This document shows positions 23,680 through 32,860 of a stretch of 57,841 nt of DNA, one piece after another. Source of the DNA: Thraustochytrium aureum (lineage: Eukaryota). The number at the start of each line of letters is the position of its first letter. Position 1 is the first letter of the stretch. Made by a program: the position numbers and the translations under genes. The stretch lies in contig BLSG01000090.1 of NCBI GenBank assembly GCA_012862495.1, forward strand, positions 62,001-119,841. The letters run 5' to 3'. The notes under the pieces are model-generated. The model worked only from the letters and a program-made list of their open reading frames with translations, searched no databases and was not told the origin of the DNA.

Positions 23680-24330
23680 CTTGCGCCTCCTCTGCGGCCG
23701 CTGCCCTCTCCCGCGCCGTCTCCCGCCTCCTCCTNNNNNNNNNNNNNNNNNNNNNNNNNNNNNNNNNNNNNNNNNNNNNNNNNNNNNNNNNNNNNNNNNN
23801 NNNNNNNNNNNNNNNNNNNNNNNNNNNNNNNNNNNNNNNNNNNNNNNNNNNNNNNNNNNNNNNNNNNNNNNNNNNNNNNNNNNNNNNNNNNNNNNNNNNN
23901 NNNNNNNNNNNNNNNNNNNNNNNNNNNNNNNNNNNNNNNNNNNNNNNNNNNNNNNNNNNNNNNNNNNNNNNNNNNNNNNNNNNNNNNNNNNNNNNNNNNN
24001 NNNNNNNNNNNNNNNNNNNNNNNNNNNNNNNNNNNNNNNNNNNNNNNNNNNNNNNNNNNNNNNNNNNNNNNNNNNNNNNNNNNNNNNNNNNNNNNNNNNN
24101 NNNNNNNNNNNNNNNNNNNNNNNNNNNNNNNNNNNNNNNNNNNNNNNNNNNNNNNNNNNCCGTCCTCCCGCCTCCTCCTCCCTCTCCTCCTCCTCCTCCT
24201 CCTCCNCCTTTGCTGCGCGGCGCGTGCGTCCGTCCGTCCGTCCGTCCGCTCTGCAGGTCTGCGATGGCCGGGCAGCCACGACGCGCACGCCCCGCCTGGC
24301 CGCCTGTGCGTGGATTGGATTCTGCGCCCT

Positions 24331-24583
24331 CGTCACTAGCGCAGCGGGGCCTCGTGACGTGGGCCCCAAAGTGATCTCATGAAGGGTGCACTCGCGCGTC
24401 ACAGGGGCCCCGTTGTGGAGCTGTGCAATATCAGGTCAGACGGGCAGGTGACGTGATGGGGTGCAGTGGTGACGCGGACTCGTGGACGTCGCTTGGGCGC
24501 GCGTTGCGCCTGCAGACCTGATGACGTGATCGATGACCATAGTGACTAGAACAAAGGTCTCTGCGAATCCGAAGTCTCGTCAC
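24331..24583. promoter_or_regulatory. Second GTGACG motif cluster, in the UROD/NAA40 divergent promoter
   Basis: Six GTGACG/CGTCAC copies plus TGACG variants in about 250 bp. Confidence 0.45.
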
Positions 24584-24936
24584 AGGCCTCCCCAAGTGGC
24601 CGCTGACGACATTCGGACAATACGGATGCATAGATGACGCCATCTGGAGTTCAAACCAGTCGTGGGGATCAGTGGGGTAAACTGCGCTCCAGAGCCCGGG
24701 ACAGCGCCTGCCTATGGCGCACTTTGTCGCACTTGGTGCCTCGCGTTTGAATTAGCTTGGACAGGCAGGCAGGCAGGCACGCAGGCCGTCTTCTTGTTCA
24801 CGCTGCCACGCAGGGGCAGTGCAAGAAGCCGCTGCGCTGCGAAGAGGTCGACCGCGCACGAATCGCCTCCAGGTGAGTCATGTCAAGCCGAGTCAAGGCG
24901 CCTGACGCCGCAGAGCGGGACAAACTCGGCGCAGCC

Positions 24937-25748
24937 ATGGCTGAGGAGCTCGCGACGAAGGGCTCGCCGCGGGCTTGGGCGCCTTGTCGCTCGGCGAGGC
25001 CGCCGGGAAGAGCGGGAAAAAGGGAAAGAAAAGCAAGAACGACGAGAAGAAGCAGCTGAAAAAGCAGCTGCTCCAGGAACGGCTGGCCGCCAACCAGGCC
25101 ATGGCAAAGCGGCTCTGGCAAGCCCGCTTTGCCGACGAGCTCGGCCAGGTGCCCCGCGACGTGCTGGACGGATTAGCGCCGTTCGCCAAGTTTGCCCGGA
25201 ACGGGCTCGACTTGGAGATCAAGAGCTTTGCGCACGGCAGCGGCGTGCCCGCAGACGTGCTCAGCTTTTGCTTCAATCTCACGGAGACCAACATGAAGGA
25301 CAAGTACATCGAGGCCGGGTGGGGCTGGAACGACAACAAAAAGCTGCGCGAGCTGCAAGACGAGGAGGCGCGCCTGCTGGTGGCGTTCGACAACGCCTCG
25401 GGCGACCCGGTGGGGTTCCTGCACCTCCGCTTCCTTCGCGAAGGGGACGAGCTCGTCCTGTACGTGTACGAGCTGCAGGTCGACCAGGACAAGGCTGCGC
25501 GCAAGGGCCTCGGCCGCCACCTCATGATGATCGCCGAGGTCGTTGCCCGGAAAGTCGGGATGGGCTGGGTCATGCTCACGGTGCTGCAGTGCAACCCTGA
25601 TGCCAAGGCGTTCTACGCAAAACTCGAGTACACGATGGACGAGACATCGCCGCAAATGGACGTCTGGGGCATCGAGGACGAGGAGGGCGAGGCCTCGCAC
25701 GTTATCCTCAGCAAGCGAATGCCGGCGCCGAAGGCCCCGCCGAGCTAA
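24937..25748 (+). CDS. NAA40: N-alpha-acetyltransferase 40 (NatD, GNAT family); probable frameshift just after the ATG
   Basis: FARNGLDLEI, FNLTETNMKDKY..AGWGWNDNKKLREL, GFLHLRF, VLYVYELQV, RKGLGRHLM, VMLTVLQCN..AKAFY, DETSP, ILSK. ATG at 24937 is one base out of frame. Confidence 0.9.
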
Positions 25749-25981
25749 CGCAAGTCAGGGCTGCTGGCGCTAGTGCTGCAGGCGCTGGCGCGCTCCGCCT
25801 GGCGCCCCGAGCCTGCCGCAACAAGAGTCGCACAAGAGGCGGCAAGGTTGTCTAACAACGAAACGCGCACGCATTCTCGCAGATNNNNNNNNNNNNNNNN
25901 NNNNNNNNNNNNNNNNNNNNNNNNNNNNNNNNNNNNNNNNNNNNNNNNNNNNNNNNNNNNNNNNNNNNNNNNNNNNNNNNN

Positions 25982-27097
25982 ACCTTCTTGTGGTTCGCCC
26001 CAACCACCGCGCTCCGCGCTACAATAGAACTCGCCAGCGGCGCTCCGTCAGGCTCGCCCGCATGCACGCCCAGGCCCCGCCCAATAATTTCCCATACATG
26101 AATCCCCAAAGCGCCATTGTTCACTTCAAGCTGGCCGTCCGCGTTGGCCTCTCCGGCGCCGAGGTATCCGACGTTCTCGGTCACACTCGCAGCAGGCTTG
26201 GCGCCGGAGCCGTTAAACAGAGGACCCTGGTGGCCCGGCCGGGGGTCGCCAAACTTGGTGCACAGCGAGCGAGTAGCGCTTGCCCGGCTCAAGCCCGCCA
26301 AGGGTCGCCTCCATGCCTGCCAAGGCCTGCGTCCGCTGAATCAGCCGAACAACCCCGACGACGCTGCCGTGCCCGTAGATCGCGCCGCGAAACTCTGCGA
26401 CGCACGAAACGTTTTCCTCGAAGGGGCCGGCTGTCGCGGGCACGTTCAGCGCGCTCGCGAGGTCGCCCGTCACGCTCGACCCGACGAGCTTGGCCTGGCG
26501 CCCTGCGCTCTCCAGCAGAGCCACGAGGCCCTTGCCATTCAAAGCCGTGCTGTGCACGCGCACGATCTCCTTGTCTAACTCCACCTCGACCTGGCTCACG
26601 CCGGCCGCGTTTTCCAGCGTGCTGCGGACCGCTTTTTCGCAGGCCCCGCAGGTCATCTTCACCATAAGCTCATACACAATCCCAGCGTCCTGCCCCTCGC
26701 CGCTGGCCGTCTTTCCCTGCACTGCGTCGAGCGGCTGCGCCGTCGGACCGCCGGCATCGCGCGCAACATCCGGCGCCACCTCCATTTCCGACCCCGCCAT
26801 TTCGGCCACGCCGTGCGCGACCACCGAGGCGGCTGCTCCGCACAGCAGCGCGGCTGCACCGAGGGGCCAGAGACGCCGTTCGATCACAGCTCCAGGGCCG
26901 CGCGCGCTAGTGAGACTTTCGCGCCACAACGTGTTCGGGGTCTGCCGCCTTCGCACTGGCGTTTGGTGGTGTGCCTCCGACGCTCGGAAAGTCCTGGTGC
27001 TCGCGCCGCCGCCCCCTGCGCCGGGCACGCGCAGCCTGCAGCGGCGAGCCGGTCGCAGCCCAAGTGTCGCGGGCTTGCGCGCTAGGGCGAAAGACAT
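25982..27097 (-). CDS. CCS: Copper chaperone for superoxide dismutase; 3' end (expected CXC) in a gap, frameshift near 26255; start at 27097 or 26800
   Basis: HMA domain MTCGAC...GVSQVEVEL; SOD-like domain GVVRLIQ, LAVH(Q)FGD, VWEIIGRG; IVARSAVVGANHKKV leads into domain III. Confidence 0.88.
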
Positions 27098-28143
27098 GAG
27101 CTGGCTGCGTGCGTGCTGGTCGCGCGAGTGCCGGACCCGTCGGACGGGCGAGTACGTATCGGCTTTGCTCCGTGGTTGCCCCGGCCAGCTGCTGCGTCGC
27201 GAATGTGCGCGCCCTCGGTTGCGGTGGCATCGCCGCGAGGACCGGCTTCGAAACAGCGCGCTGGAACTGGCCATCGACTTGGTTTTCACCCCGCGCCCGG
27301 CGCCTCGGTACGGGCGCCACACGATCAGAACAATGGCGAAAGCAAGTCCTGCCCTCGCTTGGCGCGCCCCGCCCCGTTTGATTGATGAGCAAGGCGATGG
27401 ATGAGTCCTCGGACTCTCTGCCGTCCCGTTTCCGAGACCCCGAGCCGCTCAGCGGGCGCGCGAGTGCACTCGTCTACTAAATCGCACGCCAAGCACCAAA
27501 TGCGGGCGCGTCAGCTGGCCACAGCCCGCTTGCGGCAGCCCGCTTGTCAAAGAACGGGAAAAAAAATCGGGGGACTGCGCGCGCTGCAGGAGCGGCGCCC
27601 CCATCATCGGATTGAGGACGCGAGCCTCCGTGGCCCCAAACCAGCCGGGATCAACAAGGACGGCTGACCATGACCTCCTTGCCATGACGCCGAGGAACAT
27701 CCGTGCAGGCCCTGCCACCCTGGAGCTCCCAGGCACCTGCGCAACAGGCCAATGAGCCCATCAACCACAAAACCCGCTTGGCCGCCGTACAGACAGCCCA
27801 GGACCACGACCGTTCGCAGCCGCAGCGCATCCGCGCAGCACCGCGGCACGCTGCCACGAACATCGCCCAGTCTGTCGAACGATGCGCTCCGATAGTATGC
27901 CAGAGTCGGGGCAGCCTCCAATTGTCCTCGGGAGTCGCGCGCACGCAACGCAGGCGCATGAAATGACACCTCACCGACATGACTGCAGTTGCACATCACA
28001 TCCAGCGCGAGCAGCAGCAGCAGCAGCAGCAGGCAACGGGCGCTTGTTGGAGCAGGAGCAGGCTCGCGAACTGCGCTCGATCGAGCAGGTCAGCGCCTCG
28101 AGGCAGCGGGAGTGTATTGCGCTCTTGCAGCGGCCGCAGGAGA

Positions 28144-29464
28144 ATGGACCAGATATGGGAGGCCGTTGAGGTGTATGCACCGCTCGTGCTGGAAAAGCTC
28201 GAGGTGGCGCGGTTTGTGTTTAGCAACCCTGATGCCGCAGAGCCCCGGGACTGGAAGGCGACGGGGGACTGGGTGGCGGACATGCGCACCGCGTACGAAG
28301 CAGCGTGGTCGGGCACCGTGCACAAGGTCAACAACACCCACCACGTGTTCAAGACGAGGGGCGGCGGCGAGTGCTTCTTCCAGAGCACGTACCAGCTTTT
28401 GCCCGAGCTGGAGCCCACCCCGCTTTACCCGTTCCGCGAGACGGAAGGCGTTTTCGATGGGAGCCCCCTGTCGGCCTACATGCGCGAGTACTTTCAGATC
28501 CCGCTCATCCTCGTGGCCCTGTACGTCGTGGTCATCTTCTCGGGGCGCGCGGTCATGTCTTGCTTGCCGGCCGCAGACCTCACAGTCCCGCTCGCGCTGT
28601 GGAACCTGGCGCTCTCCCTTTTCAGCTGGGTCGGCGTCTTCCGCACCGTGCCGCACCTTTTGGGGACGATCGCGCACCGCGGGGTCTACTTTAGCATGTG
28701 CGAGCCGGTTTGCGCCACGTTTGGCGCCTCCGAGGTCGGCTTGTGGGCCTGGCTCTTCATCATCTCCAAGATCCCCGAGCTCATCGACACGGTTTTCATC
28801 GTCTTGCGGAAGAAGCCGCTCATTTTCTTGCACTGGTACCACCACGTCACGGTCCTCCTCTACTGTAAGTTATGGTCGCAGCCCGAGGGCTGGCTGCTCG
28901 TGCTTTCCCGGCTCGGTGGCGTCGCCCCGAATAGGTGCAGGGCGCAGCGAGGCTTTGCCAAGGCCCGAACTGGACTGACGTCGCTTGACCCCGCAGGCTG
29001 GGCCAGCTACACAACGCAGAACAGCGCCGGGCTCTACTTTATCTGCATGAACTACACCGTGAGTGTCTCGCTTGCTGCCCTGTGCGCGCGCTGCTCTAGA
29101 TGCTCGTCGCTCACTGTGCCCTCGCGCTGCCGCTGCCCAGGTCCATGCAATTATGTACGGCTACTACTTTCTCAAGGCGGTCAACATGTGGCCGCGGTTC
29201 ATTCCGTCGTGGACCATCACGCTGCTCCAGCTCAGCCAGATGGTCGGCGGCATCGTGGTCTGCTACCTCACGTACAAGTACGAGAAGGAGGACGGGCTTC
29301 CGTGCTCGATCTCCGAGGTCGCCTTCAACACCGGCGTCGTCATGTACGGGAGCTATTTTCTCCTGTTCCTGCAAATCCTGTTCTCGCTTCTCTCTGGCGG
29401 CAAGAAAAAGTCGGCAGGCCGTCCCAAGGCGGATGCCGGGCTGCAACAGAAGAAGAAGCAGTAG
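28144..29464 (+). CDS. Fatty acid elongase (ELO/GNS1 family, ELOVL6-like HWYHH type); exons 28144-28864, 28997-29058, 29141-29464
   Basis: LWNLALSLFS, SKIPELIDTVFIVLRKKPLIFLHWYHH, MNYT|VHAIMYGYY, ITLLQLSQM; dilysine-like C-terminus QKKKQ; GTAAGT..CAG and GTGAGT..CAG introns. Confidence 0.93.
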
Positions 29465-29593
29465 GCTGCCGCGAGCATGCGTTCCGCGGCGCTGGAAAAG
29501 CCTGAACATGCAATGCATGCGCCAGTCTATTGCGATCTGCGTTGGAAGAAAATAAAGAAGAAACGGACTTTATCTGCCGAAACGCACCTGGCC

Positions 29594-30931
29594 TCACAAC
29601 TTGCTCAAGTCCGTGGGCGGGTTGCGGCGGTGCACGGGCCCGTGGTGTGCATAATACGGCAAGTTGTACAGCGCCGCCAGCTCAGGCTTGCGCTTCTGGT
29701 CGCGCAGCTCAAGGCGGCCAGCAGTGCGCCAGTGCACCTGGTCCGGCCCATCAGCAAAGCGCAGCCAGCGCGCCCAATTAAACGCTGTCGCGAGCGCGGT
29801 GTCCTGCGAGATCCCCATGGCCCCGTGGACCTGCATCGCGCGATCGCACACTTCTTGCACCATGCGCGGGATGACAGCCTTGCACATGCTGAGTTCCTTG
29901 CGGGCCCGTTTGCTGCCGTGCAGGTCGAGCATCAACGCCGCGTGCCGGACCAGCATGCGGCCCATGTCGATCTCCGCGCGCGACTTGGCGATGTCCTCAA
30001 GAACCGTTTCAAACTCTGCTAGCGTTTTCCCAAACGCGACACGGCTCTCTGCGCGCTTGCACATCGTGCTGAGAGCGCGCTCGGCCGTGCCGAGGAGTCG
30101 CATGCAGTGGTGGATGCGGCCGGGCCCCAGCCTGGCTTGGGCGATCTCAAACCCGCGCCCCTCGCCTCCCAGCACGTTGGACTGCGGAACGACGACGTTT
30201 TCAAAGAGGATCTCCATGTGGCCCTTGGGTGCCTCGGGGTCGCCCATGGTCAACATGGGGCGAACCATGGTGATCCCGGGCGTGTCGGTGGGCACGAGAA
30301 TCATGGACTGTTGCTTGAACGGGGCCGCACCCGGGTCCGTCTTGCCCATGAGGATCATGATCTTGCACTCGATGGCGCCGGCGCCGGTGATCCACCACTT
30401 GCGCCCGTTGATCACATAGTTGCTGCCTCGCTTGTCGATCTGGATGCTGATGTTGCTGGCGTCACTGCTCGCCACTTCCGGCTCCGTCATGGCAAAGCAG
30501 CTGCGGATCTCGCCGCGGAGCAGTGGCCCGAGCCACTTTCTCTTTTGCTCGGCGTTGCCGAAGCGCGCAATCGTCTCCATGTTACCAGTGTCTGGCGAGG
30601 CGCAGTTGGTTGTGAGGGCCGCGAACTCCATGTGGTTGGCCGTGCCCATGATTTCGCAAAGCTCGGCGTACTGCAGGTTGGTCAGCCCGGCGCCTTCGAA
30701 ACCCTCGCCGGCCACGGCGGCAGTGTCGTTTGGCAGCCACAGGTTCCAGAGGCCGAGCTCCTTGGCCTTGCCCTGCAGCCTTACCACTACCTCCGGGTAG
30801 CTCCACTCGCTTCCCGGGCGCCGCGCGAGCGCCTCGCATTGTTCATGGAACGTCTGCTCATTCGGGTAGATGAACTCCTCCATGTACTTGCGCAGCTTGG
30901 CTTTCAGCCCTTCGAACGCCTGTTCCTCCAT
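29594..30931 (-). CDS. Acyl-CoA dehydrogenase (stand-alone ACAD10/11-like), peroxisomal
   Basis: GLWNLWLP, GLTNLQYA, NCASPDTGNME, SCFAMTEPEVASSDA, INGRKWWITGAG, AQARLGPGRIHHCMR, LRFADGPDQVH; C-terminal SKL (PTS1). Confidence 0.95.
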   Translation of the reverse strand: MEEQAFEGLKAKLRKYMEEFIYPNEQTFHEQCEALARRPGSEWSYPEVVVRLQGKAKELGLWNLWLPNDTAAVAGEGFEGAGLTNLQYAELCEIMGTANHMEFAALTTNCASPDTGNMETIARFGNAEQKRKWLGPLLRGEIRSCFAMTEPEVASSDASNISIQIDKRGSNYVINGRKWWITGAGAIECKIMILMGKTDPGAAPFKQQSMILVPTDTPGITMVRPMLTMGDPEAPKGHMEILFENVVVPQSNVLGGEGRGFEIAQARLGPGRIHHCMRLLGTAERALSTMCKRAESRVAFGKTLAEFETVLEDIAKSRAEIDMGRMLVRHAALMLDLHGSKRARKELSMCKAVIPRMVQEVCDRAMQVHGAMGISQDTALATAFNWARWLRFADGPDQVHWRTAGRLELRDQKRKPELAALYNLPYYAHHGPVHRRNPPTDLSKL

Positions 30932-31260
30932 CCCGCTTCGAGCGACGAGCGAGCAGCGCCCGCTCTGCCTCGCACCGTGGCCTTGCTTTCGCCCACGGGC
31001 GTGCTTGAAGCAGTTCCAAGTCGCAGCTCGGGCTCAAGTTCAGGCTCGCGCAGCCCGTACGAATGTGGAGCAAAGCCTCCGCGAGGTCTGCGCAAGTCGA
31101 GGATCTGCTGTCAACTCGGACGTCAGCTGCGCGCCCAGTCCGCCCATTGGCATGGATTGGAGCGAACTCGGCGAACGAACAAGAGTGGTGACTGTGCGAC
31201 CGCGCCGTTGTCGACCTCGCGGGCGCTCGCTCGGTGTGCATGCACAGCGCTCATCACAGC

Positions 31261-31298
31261 CGATGGCTGAATCAAAGCCCGATGGCTGAATCAAAGCC
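31261..31298. repeat. 19-bp perfect tandem duplication CGATGGCTGAATCAAAGCC x2
   Basis: Directly visible. Confidence 0.9.
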
Positions 31299-31617
31299 CG
31301 AATGTCGTGCGCCCGCGGCGCGCGGCCGATGTTAGATAGGCTGGCTGCAAGTGCCCGCCGCACGTTGAAGGCGTGACCTTTGGTGGCATTGCCACCTCGC
31401 AAGAGCAGCTGGCTTGAAGCTGGTTCTGCTCCCCAAGCCCACGCACTGGGCCAGCCGCCTCGCGGCCAAGTTTCCAAGACACGCGCCGTGGCCGGCGCAG
31501 GTCGTTTGCAAGCACTCGCGCTCAACTTTGATGAAAGTGGAAAATGTGTTTTGAACAGCAATAAGTACGCAGGCGCCGCGCGCGAGAAACTTGACAAGCT
31601 CGATCCAACCCAACCCT

Positions 31618-32201
31618 TTACAGCATTAGAGCGCGCATAAGGTCGTACCCAACAAAGTCGGTTGAAACGCTCGGGTAGTCTGTTTGGGAGTTGAAGCTGG
31701 AGCCAGGGACATAGTATTCGACAAGCCTTGCAGTGAAGCACACGTCTTGCTTGAACTCCCCCGCATACGAGCTGGAGATCTTGCTCCTCGTGAAGATGAC
31801 CTGGGTGAACGCAATCTTCCATTGCACTGTGCTGGACCCCACGGATGCGAACGAGATGGTCAAGTCTTGCATCGGCGTTCGCGACAAAGTAAGCTCGAAA
31901 AACTTTGCCGCAGCCGGCGAATTGGCGAAATGCGAGAAGCAAAAGTCCTTGAAGTCGGGCTGGTCCGTTTCTACTTGGTCGGGGCCATTCGACGCCTTCG
32001 CCGTCACGTCCAGCTCGAAGGAGAGCAGCTCGACCGCTTTCAAAAAGTGCGGGTTGCGCGAGTTGCCCTCCAGCGCAGCTCCTGGCGCAGATCCTGGCGA
32101 GGTGGTCAAAAAGATGGCCAATGAAGGGACCGCTGTGAACGCATCTTCGCTCACCGCGAGCAAGCCTCCAGTCAAGGCGCAACCGCACTGCGAACCCGCA
32201 T
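31618..32201 (-). CDS. Hcp-like (type VI secretion / phage tail tube fold) protein with a probable signal peptide; core domain 32121-31618
   Basis: IFL...LEGNSRNPHFLKAVELLSFELDV...PDFKDFCFSHFANSPAAAKFFEL...LTISF...WKIAFTQVIFTRSKIS...KQDVCFTARLVEY...VGYDL parallels the recalled Hcp pattern (FLK..I.GES....H..WIE..S......P...D....K..D..SP.L......I.L..V.I.......E.V.L....I......GWD). ATG at 32201 needs a one-base correction. Confidence 0.7.
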
Positions 32202-32860
32202 CCTCCTCCCGTCTCGCCGCGGTCGCCGCACCACGCGCGCCGCCCAACACACACNNNNNNNNNNNNNNNNNNNNNNNNNNNNNNNNNNNNNNNNNNNNNN
32301 NNNNNNNNNNNNNNNNNNNNNNNNNNNNNNNNNNNNNNNNNNNNNNNNNNNNNNNNNNNNNNNNNNNNNNNNNNNNNTACCTAGCCTTGCTTTCGAGGTG
32401 CGCAGCCGCGACAAGCAGGCGCGGGTCCGCCGCTTGGGCCATCCAGCAGGTCGTGCGAGGACTGAACAGACGCGACCGTGACGGCGGCGGCTGCGCGGAG
32501 AGCGATCGATCGACGGTCGCCTGCCCAGAGCGGCCCGAGGATGGTCAACTGTTGCAGCAGCCTGAGAGAAGAAGGAGAGGAAGAGGGGACACAATGACAT
32601 CGATCGATGTCGAGGAGCCGGCCACCTGTGGCCCAGCCTCTCAGCCCAGTGCTGCATGTGCAACGGCAGGTCACTCTGCCTCGCAGCACAGGCCCAACGC
32701 GCTGGCTTGGCGCGGACGTGCTGGTGTGCTCGTGTATGTTCGTGCGTGCTGCTGGCGCGGCAGGACTCGGCTGGCGCGCCACAGGTGCTCGCTCAGCGGT
32801 GGGACGGCCGCTTGGCCTGGAACGACGGGCACCAGGAAGTTTGGCCTGGGACGCGCGACG

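Noticed and set aside
31400..32234. Bacterial contamination as the explanation for the Hcp-like gene
   Set aside because: It is contiguous without a gap with the PTS1-bearing ACAD and the intron-containing elongase, has no operon context and has an apparent eukaryotic leader; read-level confirmation is still needed
31733..32860. N-terminal half of the 733-aa + strand ORF
   Set aside because: It is antisense to the Hcp-like gene and bridged by Ns; protein-like sequence starts only at ATG 32861
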